In this document: positions 23,137-36,140 of the stretch, piece after piece
Position numbering within the stretch: position 1 is the stretch's first letter
Layout: each line of letters starts with the position of its first letter
NCBI RefSeq assembly: GCF_001194135.2
Contig: NC_068988.1
Span: forward strand, 33,256,597-33,308,881
DNA: 52,285 nucleotides
Source of the DNA: Octopus bimaculoides
Lineage: Eukaryota
Direction: 5' to 3'
Made by a program: the position numbers and the translations under genes
The notes under the pieces: model-generated
Database searches by the model: none
Told to the model about the DNA's origin: nothing
The model's input: only the letters and a program-made list of their open reading frames with translations

Positions 23137-24455
23137 GTGTGTGTCAAAAGGAGTTATTTTATGGCATTCTTTTGTTTGAAGAAGCAAAGTTGTCGGCACG
23201 TTTATATGGGACCATATGATTGTTCGTTAATTTCGTAAAAAATATTTTACGAAAATATTGAAAGAGAGGAGAGCAGGAAAAGGCAACATTTGCTTTGAAA
23301 TGACAGTAGAAAGTAAAAGACGGGGAAAGTGAAAGACGCATGTACGAGTATATGAAATGGCGATGTGTGCCTGAGAGAGATTGAGAACGAGAAAAGAATG
23401 AGTGAGTGAGTGAGTGAGTGTGTGTGTGTTTTGATATATGAAGTTTTTAAATGCATGCGCAAGTGGCACTTACTCTCTCTCTCTCTTCTCCCCACACACA
23501 TTATCTTTCATATGTAACCATAATCTAAGCACTGAGTGTGCATATTCTTTACCTTCATCCATTAATACATATACATCATATTTTATGCGTGTGAGGAAGA
23601 GAGAGATAGAGAGTGTCTGTATTTCCTCATTATATATGGAGAAATGGATTCTTTTAATGCAATTTCTTTTGGCTGTGGCTTATTTTAATACAATATGTAT
23701 GTGTACATTTTCATGAATGTGTCTGAGTACAATTTTATACATGCGTGAAACATCGAAAGAAAGTGTAACATTAGAAGCAAATCGAATTATTATCCGAAAA
23801 TAACATCAAAATAGAGCGACCCAACCTAGTTTCCGAGGTTATTTTAGTACTAAAAAAGAGATGTTGTGCCAAAAACATAGTTTATTTGGTAGACAAGTAA
23901 TAAGCAGTTTTCTTTATTATAATACAGATGTGACTAATTCGAAGAAACATTACTTTCATTATTCACACATCGACACTCTTGTAATCCAACACTTTGTAAT
24001 TTTGGTTCAAACTGAAAGTATGAAACTATTTTCACTTTCTAATGAAACCTGGTAGTTGTAGAGAAGTGTATTTGAAATAATTATAGCTGGTTGTTGAGAT
24101 AACGTAGAAAATATGTAAATGAAAATAAAATTTATTTGACGTGTAATTAATTGATTTGGTTATTCTGGTCTTAACATCAGTTGGTAAGAGCACAAGTCAT
24201 TTGATGGCACGTTTTTACTTGTAACTTCCTCTCCTGTTGCAGTTTCCATCCGTGGAATATTAAATTAATGATAGCCGTCTTGTCCATTTCACAGAATAAA
24301 ATGATACCGCGAGTATGATAAGAAGGATGAGTCTGTGAAACACATTTAAGGTTGGTATATCAAACACGAATCAGAATATCATGATTTTCATGGGGCTCAG
24401 TAAAACAGCATAAAATGTTCTTTACTATAGTTTACTATACACGTAACGAACTCAG

Positions 24456-24488
<33 letters not shown>

Positions 24489-24535
24489 TACATGGACACT
24501 CATAGAATTGATACTATTGAAAACAGCAATAGTCT

Positions 24536-24743
24536 GCGAGCTGGCAGAAATATTAGTAGACTGGGTGAAATGCTTTGCATTATTTCATCTGTCGTTACGT
24601 TCTGAGTTCCAATTCCACCGAGGTCGGCTTTGCCTTTCATCCATTCGGGGTTGATAAATTAAGTACCAGCTGCGTACTGGGATCGATCCAATCGAGTGGC
24701 CCTCTCCCACAAAATTTTGGGCCTTGTACCTAATATAGACAAG
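24536..24743 (+). mobile_element. near full-length tRNA-derived SINE
   Basis: A-box-like GCGAGCTGGCAGAA, B-box-like GAGTTCCAATTCC, and body GTCGGCTTTGCCTTTCATCC...GATAAATTAAGTACCAG...GATCGA. Two further copies at 4150-4440. Confidence 0.85.
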
Positions 24744-25736
24744 TTCAAACGAAACAAAATGTAATAAAAATAGGTGCAAAACATACTTTCTGTAGCATAG
24801 GTACGCTATAAAAAATGGAAAGTCACTAATTTAGCAAAAAATTCTATGCGTCATCAATGTAACAATCTACAGAAAGTCAACATTTATTTGGAACTTGTAC
24901 TAAATGTTATAAAATTCACGATTGAACGAATGTTATGCTGAATAAATTGAAAGTCCAAGGAATTTCTGTAATTATATTGAAAGAGCTGCTGAGGTTTTCT
25001 ACGTCACCAAGTTACCGAATTTGTTCAATTAAGCAGAGTAATATTTTTAAAGATATATTTGCGAATATAGTGCGAGCTGTCAAATCAGACAAATCTTTGT
25101 GTTGGCAGTATTTCAAAGTGAAAGCTGTTCGTTTAAAATCCAAGCTGCAACTATGCACTGTTTAAAAATCGGCGTGTTTCACTGTTGGGGGCGGAATGTC
25201 GCATACATATATTAAGATATACACACACAGACACCTAAAGCCTATATTTGTTCCTGTGTCTGTCTGTCTTTAAATGTGTGCGTGTGTGTCAGTCGTCACA
25301 AAAATGTATTATACTGACAAACACATACTCTGTCACACACATATACTTGTCAGTCATCGGCTTAACGTACGTAACCAACGTGCTAACACACTCATATAGA
25401 AAATGTGACTCATCGTCGTTATGGTAGTGCTATAAAAAGTCGTTTACCATACTGATTAACATCTAATGTTAATTTTTTTTAATGCAAATATTTGAATGAC
25501 GATAAAGTTTAGTTGATACTGAATCTTTTGATACTTCATACGTCAAAATCGGCAACTTTGTTTTAGAATGCATAAGGAACATACCCCCCCCCAACACACA
25601 CACACACCCACATACACACTCTCTTTTATAGCTAAAGATATATATATACGCTGCCGGGTAGTGACGAATCGAGAATGAAATATATGGTTCAGCCTGAACA
25701 ACAACATGTTTGTAAACAAATTTTAAACCTATGTTA

Positions 25737-25774
<38 letters not shown>

Positions 25775-25810
25775 TACACAAAATAACCCAAAGCTTAACT
25801 ATATATGCTG

Positions 25811-25851
<41 letters not shown>

Positions 25852-25955
25852 TTACATATAGCTATTTTTCAAGTTTGTGTTGCGTTGTATTAACTCGCAC
25901 CGCCAACTCTCGCGTTTTTAATCAAAACTAATTAGTTACTAGGCTGTCAACACTG

Positions 25956-26014
<59 letters not shown>
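25956..26014. repeat. (TCTA)n tetranucleotide microsatellite
   Basis: Perfect array. Confidence 0.95.
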
Positions 26015-26017
<3 letters not shown>

Positions 26018-26751
26018 ACACGCAAGCACACACATATACACAAGCACACATACTCACACAGAGAAGGAGTGTGTACTCCTTCTCTCTCTCACTGTATTTC
26101 TCTGTGAACAAGCACTTTTCATTTCCCATTCTTCCCTCCTAAATATTCGTTGTGACAGGTGTTATCTCCCCTATTGATTCCCCCCACCCTTCTTCCTTCT
26201 CCCTATATCATGTTGTTACAGGCAGACAGACGGCGATCTGCTCCACTTTTATAGTATATGATTGTCTACGCGCAGTCATTTTGATTCCCGAAACATCTCA
26301 TTTAACAATATCCACTGATCATTCCATTTCCTATTTTCCAAACCTTTCTTGATATATACAGCTGATTCTTTTTTTTTCATATGAAAGACTGCCTATGACT
26401 CTACTTAGTTAAACGAACTTATGCATATTCCATTATTTTTTAGTTGAAGGCATATTCCCAGTCTCTCACGGAAGATATTTCAGATATCCCATTAATACAA
26501 TTTGGTAAAGAATTCATTTTAAGGAAGCTCTATATATCATCTACATTAGGAATAATATTCTCCTGAAGAATGTAGGGAAACAAAGAAGCAGATATTCTTG
26601 AAATGTTTTGAAAACAAACAAAAGGTGCCAGCACATCGTTAATAAATTCCCCACTGAGTCTATAACAAAGCCTTATTTTAAGTCCTCACGCAGTTGCGAT
26701 TTATTATCCTATATATGTGTATGCATATGCACAGATACACATACATACAAT

Positions 26752-26836
<85 letters not shown>

Positions 26837-27496
26837 TGCATATATTTATATAGGCATACATATATATATATATAAGTATACATATATGTGTCTGTGTCTG
26901 CGTGTGTGTGCGCGTGTGTGTGTATATACATAATAAGTATTGAAGAGGAAATCATAGTATATTTTGTTTATAGATATCGACTTCAATTTCGTAATATTCT
27001 CTGTTTTGAAATATTACTTTTATAGTCTTCAAAAAATAGAGAGAACGTTCAAAGTATACACATCTTTGGTAGTTTCCAGTAATGAAGGAAAATGAAATAA
27101 TGGAAAGGATGAAGGTTTGTTATAAAAGAGTAGGCAGTAAGATAGATAAACCGTACTGCTGCTCATATCTTATGGAGAACATTTTTCCATTTTCTGCTTA
27201 CACATGCGCGTATATACATTCGGTTGTGCATGTATTCATATATTCGGCTATGTCTCTGTGTATGTGTGTTTTCGAGCAAAATTTGCTCTCATATTATAAA
27301 TATCTGCATGCAGACACAGTCATATGCACCTATATGTATTGCAGCAATAGTAACTTAAAACATAAATTATTAATATAAATAGAATTTTCAGTCGTTTCTC
27401 TGAAAGAATCACAATAAAGAAACTATAGGTAACGGAATGTGTATAAGAAACTTTTTCGAAGGAAAATTATTGGCATAAATCTCAAGCAAAGTTATA

Positions 27497-27568
27497 GGCA
27501 TGGCTGTGTGGTAAGAGGTTTGCCTGCCAATCACATAGTTCAAAGTTCGGTCCCACTCCGTTGCATTT
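27497..27568 (+). mobile_element. tRNA-derived SINE head (5' fragment)
   Basis: A box TGGCTGTGTGG and B-box-like GTTCGGTCC. Homologous to 10150-10300. Confidence 0.65.
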
Positions 27569-28489
27569 TCGCATTAAGAATATAGTTAAATCTTTGATCC
27601 ATAGTTAGGGTTGGAAGATTTTGTATAATGGTGTTGTATGTCTCATTGTTTCTTGGTTTTTGAGAAGATACATACCTCTCCTGTCCCGAATAATAACTAC
27701 AACCAATTACACCCCCTTACATTTTTCTACTTGTTGATTCATTCCAAAACTTTCATGCAAGGACACTGAGTGAAAACTTCCTAAGAAAATAAGAAATCAC
27801 AATAATTTCAATGTCATGACTAACGAAAGCGAAACCGGTGGACAACCATAATAGTCTTTCATTTACAATATATTAAAACTATATAAACTGTGGGAATTTT
27901 CATTCTTTNNNNNNNNNNNNNNNNNNNNNNNNNNNNNNNNNNNNNNNNNNNNNNNNNNNNNNNNNNNNNNNNNNNNNNNNNNNNNNNNNNNNNNNNNNNN
28001 NNNNNNNNNNNNNNNNNNNNNNNNNNNNNNNNNNNNNNNNNNNNNNNNNNNNNNNNNNNNNNNNNNNNNNNNNNNNNNNNNNNNNNNNNNNNNNNNNNNN
28101 NNNNNNNNNNNNNNNNNNNNNNNNNNNNNNNNNNNNNNNNNNNNNNNNNNNNNTATATATATATATACATTTGCATTACAACTCACCACGTTGGGATAAT
28201 CCAAATTGTCTTTTTTCTTACTCTATATATATAGTACAACCCTTGATACATTCATGTATCTCTCTCTGTCTGTCTCTCTGTCTCTCTGTCTCTGTCTCTC
28301 TGTCTCTCTCTCTCTCTCTCTCTGTATCTAATTCTTTCCCTCCCTCTATACTTCCTCTTATCTACCACGTGGCCGGTGTCCGGTGAAAGAGGAGTTGTTC
28401 TTTTTCGCTCACCTTTTGACCAGACTGGTTATACTGATACGTTAGGACTTACTCCATTTCAGCTTGCGCAACCCCACTAAGTTCATTAG

Positions 28490-28800
28490 TTAGCTACAAA
28501 GCTCTTTCTGTTGTATTTGTGGCATTTGTATAATTACAATTTTTTTTCTTCTGCTCTCTATAGCTGTAAGGCTTCGTGCTGTTTTATATGCATAATTCTT
28601 CATCTCTTGCCGGTATCTCACGCAGTATACACTCGTAGCTTTTCCCAGTAGTTTAATACCAGGATTGACGCATCCACGTTTAATTGGTCTCAATGATAAT
28701 AGCGGGATACAACTATGATTTTTTGGCTCATTGACTTCCTGGGATGACTCAGCTGCGGACATTCCGAGTATCGTGTTTTTGACTATATTTCCCGTCCGTT
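28490..28800 (-). mobile_element. possible decayed RTE-type APE endonuclease fragment
   Basis: TRNVRS (cf. TWNVRS) and, ~83 codons downstream in another frame, KKIVIIQM-P (cf. NITIIQVYAP). Confidence 0.35.
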
Positions 28801-28893
28801 TTCGTCTAATTTTTTCTCCTTGCTGTCTGTTCAACGCATAATATACAAACATACACACACACACATACAAACAGATGTATATANNNNNNNNNN

Positions 28894-28933
<40 letters not shown>
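28894..28933. repeat. (GATA)10 at the 3' flank of the Tx1 element
   Basis: Direct inspection. Confidence 0.95.
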
Positions 28934-28964
28934 TAAATGGATGGATAAATGGGTAGATATATAG

Positions 28965-31495
28965 ATATGTTACATTATTGGTCACACAGAAGGGACAAAA
29001 TACAAAGTAGAGCATTTCTTTTTGGGAAGAAGAGAGAAAAAAGTGGATCAAATTTCGATCAAAAAGGATCGTTGAAAAAAAAAGCCGATCAGTAGGGATC
29101 GTGTATCACAGAAATGTCAATGTCAAAAGGGAGAACAGATTAGGTTTATCCGTGGAAAGAAAGCTTAGGGAAACGACCACGGTAACCTTAGGCAATTATG
29201 TCATGCGAAAAATACATTACAGTAAGTGACTCACTTTTTCTTTTCTTTTTTTTCTTCATAGTACTATGCTCAAGTTAGTTCCGTCATTCACACGTGCCAT
29301 CCTTGCTACATTCACCCATCTTTTTTTGAAACATTCACTAAACAAAACTTCCTTCTCCACTCTCACCTTCCTCCTCAAGTGATACTTGAAGAAGTTGATG
29401 AGAGAGGAAAGTGTTTGTCTCTAGACCTTTCAGACGTGTCCACCATACACATTCTTTCGCCATAGCCACTTCTAGCTTCTTAACTAGGTCACGGTCCACT
29501 GTGAAGATGGTTGAAGATGGTTGAAGATGGTTCCCGTCAAAGCCCGATTTACTAGCGTGCTAATCCGGTCTCTGAAAACCTGTCTCGACGGGAAAGATGC
29601 GTTTAGTTTCCAGTAACCAGAATCCTGCCTATGTGTCTTATCTCAGTCTAGCGTACACGCCACAAGTTTGTGATCCGTGTAGCTGACGATGTGGAATTGT
29701 GTACACCCTACACTATCTCTATCTACAGTCCTACAAAGGATTCTCTCTAGATATGATCTCGATGACCCGATGAGGTTACTCCATGTCCACGTTGATGCAT
29801 TCGGGTGGTCGAGACGGTACCTGTCAGGCAGTTGAAAGCATTTGAGGAAGGCTCTGATGCATTTGCATCCTCGTCTATTCCTATCTCTACCCACGTAGTC
29901 GAGATGCGTGTCCAAGGTATCATTCCTATACCCCACTAAAAAGTATAGGACGTTCCTAGGAATACTTCTAGACGTCGAAAGAAATCCAGCCGACCAGTTA
30001 AAGGCGGTGTGTAGATTGATACGAGTCGAAAAGCGTACCCATCGCTGCCATCGACATCTAGGAGAAGCAGTCTACCCTCCGGATCTACGAATATTGTCTT
30101 TACTTCGAGATTCAGACTCTCTCGAAAGAGTACCGCCGTGCCACTACCACCCGTTCTCGGCAGACAGGTAGAAAAATAAATGTTAAACTTTCCGCCAAAC
30201 ATGGACTTTAGAGCCCGTGGATTATGGAGTCTGGTCTCACATATGGCTTTGATTTCTAATTCATGTGACTTTATGTCGTTTAAGAGGAACCCTTGTTTCC
30301 AAGGGGACCCCAAGTTTGGCGCATTCACACAGCCAATCCTGATCATAATCCTAATGATTTGTATGTGTATAAACACTAATGATAGGAATAGAGCGTCACC
30401 AACCGTCGGAAATATTTTGTGTTTCCTCCTTCGGTATTTCCTCGAGGAGATCACTATAAAGGTTTTTGGAAGAGTACTTCTGGAATCTTCCAACCGCATC
30501 GGGGTAAATAGATTTTAATGTGTGGTGCAGGGTTGGCGTGATGCGCAATACTTTGATACGTTCTGGTGGTGTTGTGTGTGGGTGGTTGCTTGTTTTTATG
30601 TCTTGGTATGTCAGGTTAGTTTTGTGTTGATGAAATTCATCGACTCTATATTTTTCGTGTTGATGGCAGCGAGCATTTTGCGTGTGTTTGTTTTTGAAGT
30701 GTTGCTGTCGGTCTTGATATTGTGTGTGCTACTGTTGATGTGCGAAAAGTTTTCGGGAGTTGTATATCTTCCTGCTTTCTTCACTTTTGGATTTGATTTG
30801 ATTCTTTTTTGCTCCTTTTCCTCCTTCCATTTCTGGCTATCTGCCATTCCTCACTGCTTTCGTCTTCCGACGAAATGTCTGAGGAATCGGAAGGCGATAG
30901 GGGCATATTGTAAGCTTCTATGTATGTTTGTGTAATTGGTTGTGTTGGTGTTTTCGTTGATGTTGGTTATTTACTGTTTGTGTGTGGTGTATGTGATGTG
31001 GGGGAAGGAGAATCAGTTTTTGTATTGTCTTTTGGTTTTACTGTTTCTTTAGTTCCTGCTGTTATTGTTGGTGGTGCTTTTACAGGTGCTGTTGTATGTT
31101 CATTTGTTGGTGTTGGTGGGTTTGGTTGGTATGTTTCTTTTGTCATACTCCCTTTGCTTGCATTCTGTGATGATGGTGGGGTGGGTAGTAAGGGTTCTTT
31201 TCTCATTTTCCTTTTTCCTTGTTGTGGTTGTTGTTCTTGTTCTTGCTTTTCTTCTTTCTTTGCAGTTGGGCAATCAGTGTTTAGGTGCTCTTCGCTGCCA
31301 CCCAAGTAACAGCGAAGCCTCCTACCTTCTACGATCACGTATAGGATATGGCCGTCTGGCAGCTCAATTTGGTGCGGGATCTATTGTTTGATCTTGATCT
31401 GTTTGTATCAGCAACTGAATCGTTTTTCCCGACAAATTTTGTTGCTCAAATGCAGCAATCTCTAGGATGTTTATGTTATCCTCCATTTGACTAGC
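28965..31495 (-). mobile_element. Tx1/L1-clade LINE, 5'-truncated and internally deleted (RT absent), flanked by (GATA)n
   Basis: ORF1 C-terminus with degenerate knuckle VEGRRLRCYLGGSEEHLNTDCP (30967-31480). APE domain IGCVNA..ICETRL..GRLL..LVSIYTP..YLERI..YTDHKLV..GYWKLNAS (29590-30360). ORF2 C-terminus VAMAKECVWWTRLKGLE...RWVNVARM (stop 29256-29258). A 3'UTR follows. Confidence 0.9.
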
Positions 31496-31504
31496 GTCCG
31501 TCCA

Positions 31505-31541
31505 GATAGATGGATGGATACATGGATGGATAGATAGATAG

Positions 31542-31602
<61 letters not shown>

Positions 31603-31609
31603 CGGATAA

Positions 31610-31648
<39 letters not shown>
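31505..31648. repeat. (GATA/GGAT)n-(GA)n-(GATA)n compound microsatellite at the 5' flank of the Tx1 element
   Basis: Direct inspection. Confidence 0.95.
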
Positions 31649-31649
<1 letters not shown>

Positions 31650-32655
31650 AGATATTTAAAGAGAATGAGAGAGATGCACTTTATTTCTATTGTAACTAAT
31701 CACTCAGAACCTACGAATATCGTTGAATCCTCAAGAACATATCAGCAAGACTGACTTGTGTAGACAATGAGAGAGATAATTGTTCCCATCACTTTTGTGA
31801 GGTACGATAAAGAAAAACAACTCATATATCGACTTCACTGTAAGTTTTCTTCCTTTCTTCAGTAAAAAATATAATAATAATAGGTAACACACTCTTTGTA
31901 ATGGACGAAAATAGTCAAAATTATGTGAGTTAAGATTACACTCTGCAATTTTACATTACTGCAATGAGAGCTTTACAAGTAAAGAATTTGCTGTATAATG
32001 CACGTCTGGTTGAATTCAAGCAAAATGTCAAGCCTTATTAATACCGGTACCAACATTGTCTCATAGATCGTGGTTGCTATTCAGAACATGAATAGATAAT
32101 ATCCATATGAATTTTACGCTCATATGAGCTGAAAACCTCTACTCAAATTCTATAGATCTCCCTATCATCATAATAGGAAGAATGGCAAAAACAAACATAA
32201 AACTGAGAAGCATGTCGGGCTCCAACAATGGTAGACACTATAAACCTTTTGAAATTCTGCCCGCAGCAACAGTAACAACATTTCTGAATTTGACTGAACT
32301 ATACACTGTAACTGGATGTAGTAGTGAGAGCCGACGATATAAAGACTTCACGAGTATGCATCTAGCATCACATTTGCATCATCTATTTTGTAGGTACGAG
32401 TAAACAGAACGTCTATCTGCTGTTATAGTAATCATTTGAAGTTTAATTCTACACAATCAAATATTCCAATGCAGGTTTTATAAAACAATCATCAAGATAC
32501 ACAACTATATAGAAATGATACAAAGAAAAAGAAAACACTTCTAAAACTGCGAAGCATTACATGATCCATTATTATTAAGATGTATCACCACGTTTTACAC
32601 AAATACCAAAACACTTACACAACGATTGCAGGGATAAAGTCAAATACATCCATAT

Positions 32656-32701
<46 letters not shown>

Positions 32702-32940
32702 ACACAAACACACACACACACACACAGAGGCATATATTTGTACTTACGTAGGTGTATATATACCTCCATATATTTTTATTTGTATATGTATATATACACA
32801 CGCACAGACATTTTTTTTCTGGGCACACATACATATATACTGGAACTGTAGATCTTATTATTTCGAAGAACTAGACACAGGAAGAGAACTACAATAGACA
32901 TGTGAAATACTAAACAAGATGCATCAAACTGGTAATTAAG

Positions 32941-32985
<45 letters not shown>

Positions 32986-33570
32986 NNNNNNNNNNNNNNN
33001 NNNNNNNNNNNNNNNNNNNNNNNNNNNNNNNNNNNNNNNNNNNNNNNNNNNNNNNNNNNNNNNNNNNNNNNNNNNNNNNNNNNNNNNNNNNNNNNNNNNN
33101 NNNNNNNNNNNNNNNNNNNNNNNNNNNNNNNNNNNNNNNNNNNNNNNNNNNNNNNNNNNNNNNNNNNNNNNNNNNNNNNNNNNNNNNNNNNNNNNNNNNN
33201 NNNNNNNNNNNNNNNNNNNNNNNNNNNNNNNNNNNNNNNNNNNNNNNNNNNNNNNNNNNNNNNNNNNNNNNNNNNNNNNNNNNNNNNNNNNNNNNNNNNN
33301 NNNNNNNNNNNNNNNNNNNNNNNNNNNNNNNNNNNNNNNNNNNNNNNNNNNNNNNNNNNNNNNNNNNNNNNNNNNNNNNNNNNNNNNNNNNNNNNNNNNN
33401 NNNNNNNNNNNNNNNNNNNNNNNNNNNNNNNNNNNNNNNNNNNNNNNNNNNNNNNNNNNNNNNNNNNNNNNNNNNNNNNNNNNNNNNNNNNNNNNNNNNN
33501 NNNNNNNNNNNNNNNNNNNNNNNNNNNNNNNNNNNNNNNNNNNNNNNNNNNNNNNNNNNNNNNNNNNNNN

Positions 33571-33616
<46 letters not shown>

Positions 33617-33989
33617 GTGTGTGCGTGTGTGTGTGTTTGTGTTTGTGTGCATGTAGGTATTTATGTACGTATGTGTGAATGTATGTAAATGCGATGCGTG
33701 CGTGTGTCTTTTTACTATATATATTGAGATTATAGTGAATATTATGTGAGGAGAATCCTTCAATTACGATAGTGTTGAAGCACAAACCAGCAATATTTAG
33801 ATATATGTTCTAGGTATTGCTCTCTGTATACATAGACTTAGAAACATACATACATATGTATATTATATACATATGTGTGTGTAAGTATATGTACATATAT
33901 GTATATCTACANNNNNNNNNNNNNNNNNNNNNNNNNNNNNNNNNNNNNNNNNNNNNNNNNNNNNNNNNNNNNNNNNNNNNNNNNNNNNN

Positions 33990-34031
<42 letters not shown>

Positions 34032-35035
34032 ATATGCATATATATGTATATATATGTATATGTATGTATATATATATATTCACATATATTCACACATAAA
34101 AACATGTGCATGCAGAAAAATGGCTTCCAAAATATACTTATGTTAAGCAACCAACGTATATCAATAATCTGAGGAAGGTAAATACACACAATACTGCAGA
34201 GGAAGAAGGAAAATCGAACAATATAGTGCATATAATGCCCAAATAGAAACATGAATTAACGTTCTCCACGTGGAAAGCTTACATACAGCCAAAATAAAAT
34301 ATGGCACAACCGAATTGTAAGCGTACTGAACTTATCATAAATCTATTTAATATCTCATTACAATACCTGCAAACTACATTACATGCAGTACTAATATATC
34401 GAGGATTCCAGCCTTATCATACATACCCTCGTATATCATTAGTCATCCTGATTATACCACACACATTTCAAGATTCCTTAAGTATCTTTTCTACCAGAGA
34501 AAGTAAATTACACAGAGAATTTAAACTTCGATGGTAAAAGATGTGAAGTCACCCGTGTCAATATCTGTACATTCTTAACCAAGTGATTTATGACATAACT
34601 GTTTGAAAAATTGAGTATTTATGGAAACAAGACATATATGTGACGACGTAGCTGAAATAAATCTTGCGGTACAAGGACCTCCAAAATATGACACCTATTT
34701 AAGGAAACATATCATCTTGGAAAACATGGCATGCAAAAAAAGACTGCCTTAATTCAGGCATCAAAACAACGATTCACTGACTATCTAGATACTCTAAAAA
34801 TATTATGCTCGTAATAGTCTATAAAATATGGGCTACAGAAATTGACTCCTAGTTTGTTATTTTAGACATGTATGCCTTTTCTCCTTGATCAGAGTGCATT
34901 CAATTTACGTAAACATTAAATCAAATGAAACGTAGAATCAAGCGTTATGAAACATGCAAGTCATTCTATGAAAAAATCGTCTAGCGTCGATAACAAAATC
35001 AATTTAAATTCTAAACCACGTAGGGACCTACATAC

Positions 35036-35225
35036 GATTCTTATGATGTAATGTAGTGACTTCGCAAATACCTGCATGGCAGAAGAATCCCGTACTGTGA
35101 TTGATGGGATTGTCGAGAAATTCAACGCTGGGAATAAACTCCGTTGTGCACACCCACACAAACCGATTGACCACCAAGACAACACACAGAGTAAAAGCAT
35201 GAATTTGACCCCACCGTCGACACAT
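35036..35225 (-). CDS. candidate first coding exon encoding a signal-peptide-like N-terminus (host gene unidentified)
   Basis: GC-richer island. ATG at 35225 reads MCRRWGQIHAFTLCVVLVVNRFVWVCTTEFIPSVEFLDNPINHSTGFFCHAGICEVTTLHHKN, then a phase-1 donor C|GTATGT at 35036/35035. An overlapping frame (MLLLCVLSWWSIGLCGCAQ...) is also open. Confidence 0.3.
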
Positions 35226-36140
35226 TCGATAAATGAATCAATGAGATTTCTCATCAAGAACTCAGAACTAATAATACCAGCAGAAGTACTAATAACGACA
35301 ATAACAATGATAATATTAATAACAATTAGTTTAATAATATTCTTATGATAGATAGTGTGGGATGAACGTGTTTCTTTTTTTGCAAAATTTGCTTTCCAAG
35401 ACAACAACATATGCAAATAACTCACACAAAAACTTAAATATACATAAATACATTCACTTATGTTTATATGTTTACATATGGGTGTGTATATACATATAAC
35501 ATTTTATGCAAAATATGGTTTGAACCTTAAATAGTGGAGTCAATTTACATATTGGAAAGCTTATCCGAAAGAGAGAAATTAATATAAAATCTTTCCCATG
35601 TGAGATTCTATATGCATACATTAACTGAATACATGAGCGCGCAATTTATAAGCATGAATAAGAAAAACTGAAAGAGAAGGAACTGCTAGGGAATATTTCG
35701 AAGATAGAATTTCCATTTGCAAATCATTAATCAAATATTCTGATTATTTTCCTATTTGAATCTATAAACATAAACATTTCAATCTGAGTACATATACTCA
35801 AGCACGTGTTGGCAAAACACTTTCTTTCTCCCCTATCTATTATTTGGTGAGCCTTATCTACAAGCATTCTATATTAGAAACTGCTATACCACAATCGAAA
35901 CCAAAACAAAAGATAACGATTTCTTTCAGGAAAAATATGTTGTTCCATATACTTCTACAATTTATACAAGCGTTACTTCGTTAGTCTCAATCATGTATCG
36001 TTTGATTTTTCTAGTGTTCCTCTCATTGTAGCACATGTCCTATTTAAATTTTAGGTAGGCATTATTGACAGATGGACATGCCTGCAAAGTTGTGGACTAC
36101 AGTGACTGATCTCCTAAAGCCAGCAGTCTTCCGAGTTGTA

